Source: the human T2T-CHM13v2.0 reference genome, Homo sapiens. From it: DNA of 64,000 bases. Where the stretch lies: assembly GCF_009914755.1 (NCBI RefSeq), contig NC_060933.1; one strand, written 5' to 3'. Positions within the stretch are counted from its first letter, which is position 1, and every line of letters starts with the position of its first letter. Below, piece after piece: positions 1 through 18,183 of this stretch. The position numbers and the translations under genes were made by a program. The notes under the pieces are model-generated. The model was not told the DNA's origin. It saw nothing but the letters and a program-made list of their open reading frames with translations, and ran no database searches.

Positions 1-180
1 AGAAGAAAAAAGGGAACCAAAGTCATCCTTTTATAAGGAACCCACTCCCACAGCAACAGTATTAATGCATTCATGGGGGCAGATCCTCATGGCCTAATTA
101 CCTCTAATTAGGCCCCACCTCCTGGCTGGGGATAAAGTTTCCAACACATGCTCTTGGAGGGACACATTCAAACCATAGCA
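1..180 (-). mobile_element. MaLR LTR fragment (MST/MLT1A type)
   Basis: The reverse complement begins TGCTATGGTTTGAATGTGTCCC, a typical MaLR LTR start. Confidence 0.7.
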
Positions 181-242
181 GTTACCAGCACTACAATATG
201 GCAGGTTGCATATGGTCTTCCTAATTCATTTTGATTTTTTTT

Positions 243-3244
<3,002 letters not shown>

Positions 3245-4359
3245 TATATGCATATCCTTTCTCTTCCTTTATGCAGGTAATTTTAATACACATTGTTTTT
3301 TACTCCAAATGAAATTTAGTGTAAGGGTGAAATTTAGTAGTTTCTTTATTGTTACCTGTGTCTTAGAAATTTGTAACACATATAACAGATGATAAAATTA
3401 ATGTTAATTAGACCCATCTTAGAAAGTTAGGTGGGTGGCTGTCTTCCTAATCTTTTTCCTTTGTGTTTTCTCTTGCTTTCTGCTCTATAGGGATATGTAT
3501 TGTCATCATATGAGCTATTCCTCTTAAGCCAGTATTTCATACTGGTTACCATAATTGGGTGTTTCTGGTTTCGGCATTTAGAATTAAGGTGGGGGAAAAA
3601 GGAATCATTCTCCTCTACCTGTAACTTTAAGTTTCATAAATATAATGTGTTGAGTCGTAGTCATCAGAGAAGCTCAAAAGTCAATGAAACGTAAGGAATT
3701 TGAAACATATAAAGGCTTCTTTCAAAAGCTGCTAGAATTACCTTCTGTTTATCTAAAACCTTATAATTCTGTACCCAGGTATATTACCTTTAGGGATTGA
3801 GGGCACAATGAAACATTTTTAGAAAAAATAATAAAGACTAAGAACTATTGAAGGATGTACCTGTGAAAAAAGACACTGAAAGTAAAAGGAGGAATGGGTT
3901 ACAAGATTCAAAGATAAAAATATAAATTGGATAAATCTAATTGAGCTACATGAAAGCAACATTGGAAACATTATTAAAACATAATAAAATGCAATTTGGG
4001 GAGAGAATGATTGGCATTAAATATTGTCCTATTTGTAAAGAGGATGTATTTACTAATATTAGGTGAAACAGACATTAAGGCAATAAAAGCATTATTTGGG
4101 ATAAATAAGGTAATTAGGTAATGATAAAAAGAACTAAGTAGGAAGATAGTAACAATTTCAAACTTCTACTCAGTTCATAAAATAGCCTTAATTTTTAAAA
4201 GCACAACTTGACAAAACTGTAAGAACTTTTCAAATGTACAACAAAGGTGGAAGAACTTAATATTTTTCTCAATAATTGATAGATCAGGAAGACAAAATAA
4301 AAGTAAGTAAATAATTATCTGAATAGAGTTAACAAGCTACCTAATACAAACATAAATAA

Positions 4360-5520
4360 TTATTCAGCACATTTTAGGGAGCATTGTCTATGATCTAGAC
4401 ACTTCTCTAATCACTTGAGGGACCAGCAATGAACACAATTGGCAATGGTCCTGTGTTCATACAGCTTACATTCTAGTGGGAGAGTAATAGACAAAAATAA
4501 GTAACTGATAAATATATGATATGCTAAATGGTGAAAAATGCCATGAAGAAAAATAAAGCAGATTAAAGGAGGTAAGGAGATGCAAAATGGTAGGGAGGAG
4601 GGTTGCTATTTTACATATTCAGTGATCAGGGATGCTTAACTCATAAGATTATATTTGAGGAGAGACCTGAAAGAAGTAAAGGGTGAGCCATGTGAGAAGA
4701 ATGTCCCAGGCAGAAGGAACAGCAGTTAAAAAGCCCTGATGCAAGAATGTGCTTGGCCTATTTGAGAAACAGCAAGACTAGTTTGCCTGGAGTAGAGTGA
4801 GGAACGGGGAAAGTTGAAGAAGATGTTACCAGGGAACATGCGGGGAATCACATCTCGTAGAACTCGGCAAGCCCCTGTAAGGACTTAGGCTTTTGCTTAA
4901 GATGAGAGGCCATTGAAAGGTTTCAAGCCAGAGAAATGATGTGAGCTGGCTGCTGCATTGAGGCGTAACCACAGGGGATTAGGGCAGAAACAACACTTAA
5001 AAGGCTTTTGCAGTAATCCAAGTGAGTGACAATGGTGATTCGACTATTAGAGTACTAGAGATTATGTCCTGCATGTATTTTAAAGATAGTGGCAATAGCA
5101 TTAGTTGATAAATTGGATGCAGGATATGAAAGAAAGAGAATCGTGAAGAATAATTCTAAAGTTTTTATGTGTAGTACTGGAAGGGTGAGGTTGTCGTTCT
5201 TTTTAGGGAAAGGGTATTAGACATTTCCTTTTGAATATATTAAGCTTAAAATATCTCTTAGACATCCAAATGGAGACATCACGTTATTGTTGAGTAGAGG
5301 AGTTTGAAGTATAGAGAAAGGTCCAAGCTAGAGGTAAAAATTCAAGATTTGTGAGCCTATAATAAGGTATTTGAAACCATGAGATTGGATGAGATCACCA
5401 AGGGAATGAGACTGAAAAGAGAAAAATAAGGTCCAAGGACTTGGCTTTCAGGCACACCAACTCTTAGAAGTTGGGGAAATGAGGAAGACCCAGAAAAGGA
5501 GGCTAAAAAGAAATGGTCAT
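4360..5520 (-). mobile_element. Ancient L2 LINE fragment
   Basis: Typical L2 phrases such as agcttacattctagtggg, ggcagaaggaacagc and gagattggatgagatcacc. Boundaries approximate. Confidence 0.6.
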
Positions 5521-5787
5521 TAAGTTACCTAAAAAATTTTAGGGTCAGTTTGTCAATTTCTACAAAAAAGGTAGCTAGGATTTTGATGCAGATGGCATTG
5601 AATCTGTAGTTCAATTTGGGGAGTGTAGCCATCTTAACAGTATTATCTTTTAACCTGTGAAAATGCAACGTCTTTCCATTTATTTAGGTCTTCTTGAATT
5701 GCTTTCAATAATGTTTTATAGTTTGTAATGTACGAGTCTTATACTTCTTTTTAAAAACTTATTCCTAAGTATTTTTGATGCTGTTTT

Positions 5788-6069
<282 letters not shown>

Positions 6070-7646
6070 TATGCTGTTTTAAATGGAATTGTTTTCTTAA
6101 TTTTATTGTTGGATTGTTTATTGCTGGTGTGTTGAATACAACTGTTTTTCTTTATATTTGAGTTTCTGCAATCTTACTGAACTTGTTTATTAGCTCTAAT
6201 GGTTTTGTGGATTCTTTTGGGTTTTCTATATGTAAGAGTATATCATCTGAGAACTGAGGTAACTTTACTTCTTCCTTTCTGATCTGGATGCTTTTTTTCT
6301 TGCCTAGTTGTCCTGGCTAGAACCTCTAGTACAATGTGAAGTAGAAGTGCTGAGAGAATAGACATGCCTATATTGCTTTTAATCTTAGGGGGAAAGCTTT
6401 CAGATGTTCACCATTAAATGTGATGTTAGCTATAGGTTTTTGTGTCTTTATCATGAAAACATGTTAGATTTTATGAAACGCTTTTTCTGTATAATTAAGT
6501 TGATAGTTGGTTTTTCCTTTGTTTCACTAATGTAGTATATTACATTAATTGAGTCAGATCTTAAACTAATATTGCATACCTGGGATAAATCCCATTTGGA
6601 CATAATGTGTAATCGTTTTTATATTTTACTGGATTTGGTTTGATAGTATTTTGTTGAGGATTTTTGCATGTATATTTATAAGGGATATTGGTCTGTGGTT
6701 TTCTTGTGATGTCTTTGCCTGGTGTGGGTATCAGGGTAATATTGTCCTCACAGAATGATTTAGGAAGTGTTCCCTCCTCTTCAAATTTTTGGAAGACTTT
6801 GTGGAGCGTTGATGTTAATTAAAAAAAAAATTTGGAGAATTGATCAGTGAAACCATCTGATTCTTACTTTTATTTCTGGTGAGTTTTAAAATGACAAATT
6901 CACTCTCTTTACTTGGTAAAGGTCTAGTTAGGCTGTTTCTTGAGTCATTGTCAGTAGTTTTTATAGGAATTTGTTCAATTCATCTAGATGTTCTAATTTG
7001 TTGATATATATTTATTGATCATAGTAAATATTTACTAGTATTCTCATATAATTATTTTTCCCTTATATAGTATTTATTCCTAGTATTCCCTTATAATTAT
7101 TTTTTGTTTCCATAAGATTGGTAGTAGTGTTCCCTCTTTAATTCCTGTTATTCATAATTTGGGTCTTCTTTTTTTTCTTGGTCAGTTTAGTGATGGCGTG
7201 TCATTTTTGTTGTCCTTTTCAAAGAACCAGTTTTTAGTTTCATTGATTCTATTTTTTCTATTCTCTATTTCTTTTATCTCTGCTCTAATTTTTATTATTT
7301 TCTTCCTTCTGCTAGCTTTGGGATTAGTTTGCTTTTTCTACTTTCTCAACTTGTGAAGTTATATTATTGATTTCAGACTTTCTTTTTTAATGTAGACATT
7401 CACATCTATAAATTTCCCTCTGAGCACTGTCTTTGCTGCATCTTATAAGTTTTGGTGTGTTGTATTTTTGCTTTTATTTGTTTCAAAGTAGTGAATTTCT
7501 TTTGTGATTTTTTTCTTTGACATTTTGTTATTTATGCTTCTATGTTTTAATTTCCACACACTTGTAAATTTCATAAATTTCTCTTATTTACACATTTCTA
7601 GTTTTCTTCCATGTGGTCAGGTATCATACTTGTATATTTTCAGTCC

Positions 7647-8255
<609 letters not shown>

Positions 8256-8856
8256 TATTTTCAGTAGTTTTATATTTACATTCAATGTTAGCCAAAAGGC
8301 CAAGAAGCAAACAGTAATTTTATATTATTGAGACATGTTTTATGACCTAATAGATAGCTAATACTGAATAATGTTCCGTTGCACTTGAGAAGAATATATA
8401 TTCTGTTGTTGTTGGTTTGAACGTTCTATAGACATCTGTTGGGTCTAGTGGATTATAGTGTTATTCAAGTTCTCTTTTTTCCTTGCTGATCTTTTATCTG
8501 GTTGGTATCCATTTTTGAAAGTAGGTTGCTGAAATCTTCAACTATTATGGTGGTATTGCCTTTTTGTCTTTTAAATTCTTAGTTTTTGTTTTGTGTATTT
8601 GGGGCTTCTTTTATTAGCTGCTTATATGTTTATAATTTTTTATCTTTTTGATGGATTGACCCTTTTTTCCTTATAAAATGCCCTTCTTTGTGTCTAATAA
8701 GAATTTTTTTAAAGGCTGTTTTTTTCTGACATTAGCATGGCCACTTTAGCTTTCTTTTAGTTACTGTTCACTTTGCATATATTTTCTCCTTTTTAGTTGC
8801 AACCAGTTTGTGTCTTTGACTCTAAATCAGGTCTCCTGTGGATAGTATATTGTTAG

Positions 8857-9191
<335 letters not shown>

Positions 9192-9256
9192 CTATTCTGT
9201 TTTCAGTTGGAGAATTTATTCATATGTATATGCCCATGCATGTGTATACATTATGT

Positions 9257-9596
9257 TAGCGGTCCCCAGCCTTTTAGGCATCAAGGTCTGGTTTCATGGA
9301 AGACAATTTTTCCACAGACCAGACAGGAGGGATAATTTCAGGATGGAACTGTTCCACCTCAGATCATCAGGCTTTAGTTATATTCTCATAAGGAGTGTGC
9401 TACCTAGATCCCTTGCATGTGCAGTTGACAATAGGGTTCGCCTTCTTATGAGAATCTGATGCCGCTGCTGATATGACAGGAGGTGGAGCTCAGGCAGTGA
9501 AACTTGCTTGCCACTACTCACCTCCTGCTGCACGACTCAGTTCCTAACAGGCTATGGACCGGTACTGGTTCAAGTCCCATGGGTTGGGGACCTCTT
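9257..9596 (+). mobile_element. MER1B (hAT-Charlie) DNA transposon
   Basis: Termini agcggtcccca...ttggggacctct and length about 340 bp. Confidence 0.8.
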
Positions 9597-9719
9597 AATA
9601 AATATTTGTTGAATATGTGATACTTGTTGAGTGAACAAATTGAGTGGTCACTTATGACCAAATAAGCAAAAATGTTAAATATAATACTACCATACACAAT
9701 TTAGCCGTATGTGGTATGT

Positions 9720-9905
9720 GTTTTTTGGTTTTTTGTTTGTTTTTAGACAGGGTCTCACTCTGGCATCCTGATTGGAGTGCAGTGGCATGGGGCTCAAACT
9801 ATCCTCCCACCTCAGCCTTCTGAGTGTCTGGGACTTCTGCTGCATACCACCATGTCTGACTAGTTTTTTTATTTTTTTGTAGAGCAGTGTATGCTGCCCA
9901 GGATT
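9720..9905 (-). mobile_element. Degenerate AluJ fragment
   Basis: agacagggtctcactct...ctcccacctcagcct with an internal deletion. Confidence 0.7.
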
Positions 9906-10557
9906 GGGGTATGTGTTTACAGTAATACACATCAAGCCCAGTAAGAATGTGAGGACTGTGAGAGTATTTGAATATTAGAAAACTATATAATGTGATTTAT
10001 AACATTAATAGATTAAGGAAAATATACCATGTGATCAAAACAATGCCAGAAAAGAAATTCTTATTTAAAATTCATTGCCTATTTAAGATTTTCAAAAACA
10101 GTAACAAAAAAGAACTGTTGGTAAACTAAAAGTAGCAATGAACTTTCTTGACTTGTTAAGGGGTGCTTTAAAAAAAAAAAGTTGCTGATAACTATACTTC
10201 ACAGAAAACTCTTAGAAGCTTTCCGTAGGGTCAGGAATGAGACAAGGATGCTTGCAATCCCTTTTTGTTTATAGCATTATACTAAAGAAACTAGACAACG
10301 TAATAGGAAAAGAAAAAGCAACAATTGCTAATATTGTGATTATTATCACAAAGAAAGTTCTAGAGACTTAAACTTCTCTATAGTTCTGTATTTTTCTAGA
10401 GAACTTACACTGTTTATGTTACAAAAACAATTTAAAATTAGAGAATGTTGTAATATTTTTAATCTGAAATAAGATTGTTTTTAGTAATTGCATTTTATAG
10501 TTTATTTACAAGTTTTTGAATAATTTTTAAAATAAAGTTATATTTTTTTTCCTCTAG

Positions 10558-10669
10558 AGCTACAGAGACTTCTGAAGTGGAGAGTCTGCGACCTCCTCGG
10601 TTCTTCAATGAAGATGGAGTTATCAGACCGTACAGGTTGAGGGATGGGACTGGAAATCAAATGTTACAG
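10558..10669 (+). CDS. VPS13A: VPS13A exon 68 (112 nt), (R)ATETSEVESLRPPRFFNEDGVIRPYRLRDGTGNQMLQ
   Basis: Acceptor ttttttttcctctag and donor CAG|gtaaat. The peptide has the VPS13-family RPPR..DGVIRPY motif, and the exon ends in phase 0. Confidence 0.97.
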
Positions 10670-10860
10670 GTAAATTAAGAGCTATCTTATAAATTAAGAT
10701 TAATTTAGTCAAGTTAGATTTTTTTTAAGTAGCCATTTAATATATATTAAATTATTTGGGCTTTTATCTATTTTGCTTAATTCCACTTATAAGTTTCTTA
10801 TATTTACTTAGATTTTAAAGTACATTTATTTACTATAAGATTTTTTTTTCTTTTTTACAG

Positions 10861-10881
10861 GCATCAAAAAGTTTGATATGA
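10861..10881 (+). CDS. VPS13A: VPS13A alternative exon 68b coding part, ASKSLI* (short isoform D C-terminus)
   Basis: Strong acceptor ttttttttcttttttacag, in phase 0 with exon 68. Six codons then TGA, matching the recalled 3069-aa isoform (3063+6). Confidence 0.85.
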   Translation, partial: ASKSLI

Positions 10882-13166
10882 AAAGTTAATGCATGACTTT
10901 GCAAGTGAAAGCCAACAGTAGATTTTAGTCTTAAAATTTACAAACTACGTACAGCTGTTTCAGTATTTTGAATACAAAGAAAACCTTTTGTATTGGTAAC
11001 TTTTAATAGGAATTTTAATGAATCTGGTTTTTTTATAGGGTGTTCTTAGTTCTGCACTGGATTTGCTAGATTTGTTGGAAGCCTTTGTACCTTATGTATC
11101 CTCGTCATTGGTGGTACTTACTTAACCAATTAAACCATTTCTGTTGTGGGGTTATTAAACCACTGGTAGCTTTTATACCAGATATATAATCCTTATATCC
11201 AATTACACATGAAGAAGGAAAAGCAAAACTCAGGAACACTGCTATTGTGAATTACTCTTGGATTCTTGTGCTTTGCCTTTGAAAATGCTTAAATGGCCAT
11301 GACCCTCTTCCTGCTTTATTCTAGTGTAGTCTTTATAAAACTTGTGGGATTTGATAAGCAGTTCACATGCAAACCAGTATCTTTTAATAATACAAAGTAG
11401 CATCTGGAACAATAGACAGTTTGAAGTTAGAATCTGCTTAGACAACTTTCTTACTTGGTAAATTCGACTTTTTAAAACCTGGATTATGCTGTAGGTAACT
11501 AGTAATCATATATAGGCTATACCAGTGTCATGTTGTTTCTGTGGTTTAGAGGTGGAATACTAAATTAAATCATTTGTTTGAAAACAAACAAGGAATCATT
11601 ATGTTATGTAGGCTTGCAGATACTCATGGTAGCAATAAACTGTTGGAATATGAAGCTTCCTTTATGGCTTTAATATTTTAAATATTGTGATATTTAATGT
11701 GATCAGAGTAAAGATTTAAACTTCAGTATTTTACCTATTGCAGGGCATATAGTATTGCATAAAATATACTTCTAACTCTTTCTCTGAGGCTTCTAATATA
11801 CAAAAATGTAACCATAGAGTTAATATGCAATATTTAGTTAAGTGATTTTATACTGTATTTAAAATGTTTTTGAAGCATCAAAATCATTGTATATTGGGAT
11901 AGAACTGGTAATCTATTAAGAGGTTGTGCTCTAATGGACAGATTGTGCAGTCTCTGCAATGACAGTGTATTGTTCTTTGGAAGATAGTAAATTTGCAGAA
12001 GTCACCTATGGCTGATACAGTCAAAACATGTATTTCTACCCAATACCTGCCTTCCCTTGTTAGAACGCATTTAACAAGTTACTAACATTTTACTAGACTA
12101 AAAATCAAATATAGTACGAAGTAAGGATGAGTGTTGAGGAGAGTTTAGGAATATATCCTCATTATAAGTGAGCACGTTATGATACCCACAAGGAAGCCAT
12201 GAGATACCAATAATTTCTCATGGTTGATAATTTGATTTTAGTGAAGCTTCTCATTGTTTTCTGAAGCTTTAAACTTTGAGATGTAAAAACATGACTTTTG
12301 ACTGTGTACTTTTAAAGATACATATTTATTTTTAATAGGTCAGTCTCATCATTAATCACTAAAAGAGCTATTTAAATGACTAAAAACCACAGCACTTGTC
12401 AGCCATTACTTGTTTTTCAGCAAGCATTTACACAGTATTAGCTGAAATATTTGTAGGGATTCACCAAGTACCTTGGGATGTTGCAGTTAGCATTTTTTTC
12501 TTACAGGTATAAAAAGTGGATTGTTGTTTTGATGGTGGTGGGTTTTGTTTTTTTTTTTTTAATCAAAGCTCTAGTGTATTATTAGCAAACACTTAAAAAA
12601 TATGTAAATACCAGTACTGTGGAAAATAATTAGATGACACATAAACTGGATTTAAAATCCATCTCATCTGCCTAGATTTTATGTAAGTGATATAATGAAG
12701 GTGCCTTAAAATATTTGATACTTTCAAATGTTTCTCATGTTATTTTCTTATTTTCTAAAAAAGATGTATTCACTAAATTATATACACTCATATAATAATT
12801 AAATATAAAATACATTCTTTTATTGTGTACCTTTCTATCTAGAAGGTAGCACATTATTACAGTGTTTCCTGCTGGTCAAAGTTGCCTATTAGAGAAATAG
12901 AATGGTAATTTTAATATATTCACAAAATACCTTATTGATATCATCAAACCAATTTATACATTGAGTTTGTACCAACTAGTGGAATTGTCTTAGGTCTATT
13001 AAGTTATGGAATATTATATCCATAATTACAGTCTGAGTCATAGCTGAAAAAATCTGCTTTAAAATTATTCTCACTCTTTGAACATTTCATAATCTTACAT
13101 GTTTTCAAGCAATTTGCCATACTCTACTAACCTTTGTGCTTCTTTTTTCCTTTGCCATGCTTACAG

Positions 13167-13213
13167 AAAATTCAATTCTACAGGGAGTGGATTATGACTC
13201 ACAGTAGCAGTAG

Positions 13214-13246
<33 letters not shown>

Positions 13247-13265
13247 GTCAGATCTAAACCATTAA
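13167..13265 (+). CDS. VPS13A: VPS13A alternative terminal exon 69 coding part, KIQFYREWIMTHSSSSDDDDDDDDDDESDLNH* (isoform B)
   Basis: Acceptor tcttttttcctttgccatgcttacag, phase 0. Encodes 32 aa then TAA, matching the recalled 3095-aa isoform. Confidence 0.93.
13215..13244 (+). repeat. Coding (GAT)10 trinucleotide repeat (poly-Asp)
   Basis: Ten perfect GAT units counted directly, in frame in exon 69. Confidence 0.97.
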
Positions 13266-13752
13266 AATTCATATGTTCTTTATTTTACTTGGAATGTTTC
13301 ATTAACATGTTTTGTATGACTTATACCATAATGCCCATATGTCCATTTATAGGGAGGTAAAACACATTTTCTTTTAAAATGTTTTCCTACACATTTTCAT
13401 AAAGCAAAATAATTGTATTATTTAAGCACAGAAAAAAATGTATCTTACATCCAAAGTAGGGAGGGCATCCAACATATTATAGATTTGCTTTTATATATTT
13501 TATAGCTTTGTATTGCATAGTTTGTCTTTAAGAGTTCAAGTTAGACTTAAATATAATTTTGATGTTCACTGGTTTTATTTTAAATTGCCTTCTTATTTGT
13601 TAGCAAAATGCCTTTTTTTAATGGTCTCTGTAAATTTTCTGGGCTTTAATGTAATGCCACTGTGTAAAAAAAAAGGAAGAAAATAGTAATAGCCATTTAA
13701 TGTTTTATATTTATCATTTTAAAGATATTTTTGTCAAATTTCTTTTAATAAT

Positions 13753-13758
13753 AATAAA
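13753..13758 (+). terminator. Probable poly(A) signal of the exon-69 isoform
   Basis: AATAAA about 490 nt after the stop, followed by GU-rich gtgtgaatttgttgtt. Confidence 0.6.
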
Positions 13759-15229
13759 CATATGTAATCTAAAGGAGTGTGAATTTGTTGTTCTATCCCC
13801 AAATCATATAGATTGAACTGCTATTATAAAAAACAGTCATGGCCTCTCATGGAAGAGTAGATAGTAAAATAATTTATAGTCTGAGAATGAAAAAGACCGT
13901 TCTTTTATGTCTTTGCTTTACTTTTTACCGTTTTGTTTCACATATTTTTTGTGAAACAATGAACAAAGTTGGTTTTAATAGTCATTATATTCACTTATTA
14001 ATTTGTATATGCATCTACTATATTTCTATTAATTCAGAATATTTGGAAACTTCTATCGTAAACATAACTATATATATTTTTTCTGTGTAATATTAGGGAA
14101 AATGTTACATATATCTCTGAAAGATCCATTAGTAAATCTATTTTATGTTTTGTGTAATAAAGGTTTTTAAAAAAATTTCAACATAGATGAAACTGTCCTA
14201 TTTCTCTAACATATCAGACGTACTTTAAAAAATTCTCTAAAAAGTATATGATCTTTGGTAGTTAGAATGTTTAATCCCTATGACTGCTGTGCTTTTGGAT
14301 CAACAAAGGAATATTTATCTTGACTACAGCAGAAGCTCAGTATAAGCAACAGGTGATTTAATTTAACTGATTCAGCACATGATTTCTGAGTCTCCTCTAA
14401 TTCTTAGGTTTATCAAGTTTTATTTCTATAAATCATTCTCTATGTTTTTTGAAAGTGACTACTTTAAATTTGAAAATATTGAGATTACTGCAAAAAAAAA
14501 CTGAAAAAAATCAGCTTTTTTGAAATTTCTTCCTATGCAGAATTCATTCAAATTAAATAGAAATCAAGGTTATGTATGTAAAATTTGTTTGAAAACAAAC
14601 TTACTAATATGTAAACATCATAAAGTTGTTTTAAAAAACTGTTATGTAAACATCAAAAAATTCAATTATTGTTTTAATCACAGTATTTTTATCTTTTTAG
14701 AATAAGTACATACAAATAGTGACCATTAAAATAGTCATTGCTTTATTGGAAACCAACTTTGTATTTGTTGTGCACCCACTCCTCTCTCACCCTTGGCCAA
14801 AATCAAACAAAACTTACTGCTCCTTCTAAAATCTAGAAAGAATACTGCCTATTTTTGTATTTTGTATATGCTTAAGGAAGGAAGAGTCTGGAAGTTTCTT
14901 CATTGGCTTCTTACATTCCAACTTTGCTAGTCACAAGGCCTTTGTAAAAGAGACTGTGGAAACTACTTGTTTGCAAGACATTTCCCAAATTTACTGTGCT
15001 TGGCCTGTGACACTTAATTTCATGGAATGGGATTCATAAAGATGATCTTAACCTTTCATTCCTTAAGAATTTATCGGAAAAAAAAAAAAGTTGTGGTTAT
15101 CTTAGCAGTGATTTACCATTTTCATGAAAAGAAAATTGGAGGTAGGATTACATTTATTTAAAATTTCTTCAGTAAAAATATTTTAAATAATATGCTAGTA
15201 ACTAGTAAACATTGCTTGTGTGGTCTTAG

Positions 15230-15584
<355 letters not shown>

Positions 15585-17889
15585 GAGATCTGCTCTTTGA
15601 CAGTGTAATTGCCCTTGTTTTTCTGCCACAGTGAAATTATCTTTTCAAACCTCTTGAGGACAGGTATTAATTGTGTTCCAGTTTTGAAAAAAAACTTGAA
15701 TTTTTCTCTAGTAAAAGCAAAAAAAAAAGACAGAATTGCTCTTTTGTTTTACACCATTGTTCTCTTGATGGAGATAGAGGATCTAGGCAAAAATATATTC
15801 TTATTTCTTATCAAATATATAGAAAATGAATTTATATTTGGATTTTAATAAGATGAACTCTTGTTTATCAATGGTTCTATAATTAACTAGAACTTTTAAA
15901 ATGGTAGTATCTAACAGGAAAGTCTAGTGAGAAAGCTGTTTGAAAATTATGTAATGCCACACCTTTCCATATGCTTTAACTTCATTTATGTTCCAGATTT
16001 CTGCACGATCATTGCTTATGTATAGAAAATGGGAAGGAAGGTTCACTTCCCTGAAGGAGTGATTACCTGGAGATTCCTTATTTTCCTTTGTGTCTACCTG
16101 ACGCTTGAATAACATATTGAAAACTGGCAGGAAGAAAAATTTGTAAAAATCTGTAATTGTGGACACTCATAACCATAGATAAATAATCTAAGCCTGTAAA
16201 TGAAATTAATTAGTACTCACATGGGATATAAATAAAACAAATGTAAATTCAGAATAATATTGCCAATTTTCAGTATTATAGAAAAGGAAGTCAAATTTTG
16301 TTTCCTTATTTAAAATAATCAGTATTTTATAAATTTGTTTTTGAAACTATTCAAAACACATATCACTGATGCAGTGTTGAATGTTGATTTTAAGTTCATG
16401 TTATTTAAGTGTACACCTGGAGCCACTGCATACTTATGACATCAATATTCAATGTGAAAAATACTGTTGTTTCTGTGTCTCAAGATTATAAATGACTGCT
16501 ATAGTAGCTACTAGTTTGTCTGATTTAAGTCTTGTAATGAAATTTTGCATTCAGCTTTTTTGTGGTGATGGGAGAAGGACCAGAAACAACCATCCCAGCT
16601 GTTACTGCGTATTTTCTACTGCATCTTCAAATTTCAGCTTTTTGTCTCTTAGATTTCCTTGCAAAATAGTAAAGGGTCTTATGGATCAAAATCAGGTGAT
16701 GTTAAGTGTACACACATTATTTAGCTCAAATAATAATGATGATGGATATGTGAAAATGTCAATTTATTCCAGCACCTTTGGAATAAATGGAGATCAATTA
16801 AGAATGCTTACACTGTTAATTTAATCATTAATATTAGTGAGTGAATTTGTGAGTTCATAAAGTACAGTTAGTACAGCCAGCATTATACAAAACGTAGAAA
16901 GTCCATCAAAGGAAAGTAAAACAAATAATTTCAAATAGGTCTGTGTTAAGAGAACTAATTAGAATAATTTATGATTTTCATAGGGATTTATTGTCCGGTT
17001 TGTTTTAACGTGGCAGAATATTTATCATTCTCAATAAGTATGATAAATTTATTTAGCAATTATTCCATATCAACCGATATATAGCAACAGTCTACCTCCA
17101 AATATCAATTTTAAAACACACGTTTAACAGTGTTATAAAACTAGCTTTTGATGAATCTTCTTCATTGCTTACACATGTTTTAAGCAATGAACTTGTAAAG
17201 ATTTCTCCTGAATTGTATTATGCTATTCTTCTGGATCTTAGAGATCCTCAAATACATGAGCACTGAAAATATTATAGGCATTGTTTTTGTTTTTTAAAAG
17301 CAACCAGGATAGTCAGAGATTTAGCTAAGTATACCCAGTTTGTCGTAATTGGGCATGTTATATTTTTCTACTATAAATTATCATTTATCAGTAACCTGTT
17401 AACTACATTATGTCTACAAAGGTTTTCTGAGTATATTCAATAAAACTTGGCATTTCTATGAATTAAAAATTTTACAGACCTGCATTTCTAGGGAAAAAGC
17501 TAAAAACCTGTGGATCCATTTGCTGACATTGATTCTCAGTTGACAACTTTAGTATTTTATAAAGATACGAAATTTTTCAACATTAGTTATTTTCTACATT
17601 AAATAGATTATTTTCTACATTGAAGTATGCTCATTAGAGAAAAGCAGGAAACTATAGAAAAGGAAACAATTATCCTGTCTCCCCACCATTTATGGTATAT
17701 TTCCTTTTTAAATTTTTTATTCACCTGGTTATGACTCAAAAGTATAAATTGCCATTTTATGTTTTACTACGTATTTTTATAAGCAGCATTATTAACTTCT
17801 AAAGATTAAAAAAGCATACCACTCAGAAATATCCGTAATTGGGAAACCTAGTCTTTATTTATGGAGCACATAAAGAGCAAGCAGAACTC

Positions 17890-18183
17890 TTTTTTTTTTT
17901 TTTTTGAGACAGAGTTTCACTCCATTGCCCATGCTGGAGTGCAGTGGCTTGAATAAGCTCACTGTATCCTCAAACTATGGACTGAAGTAGTCCTCCTGCT
18001 CCACCCTCCCAAGTAGCTGGGACTACAGGCATGCACCACTATGCCAGGCTAATTTTTTAAATTTTTTCGTAGAGACAGGGTCTTGCTATGTGGCCCGGGC
18101 TGGTCTTGAACTGAGCTCAAGCGATCCTACCGCTTCAGCCTCCCAAAGTGTTGGGATTTCAGACGTGATCCATTGCTCTCGGC
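17890..18183 (-). mobile_element. AluJ
   Basis: Diverged dimer with a poly(T) lead and gggtcttgctatgt. Confidence 0.85.
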
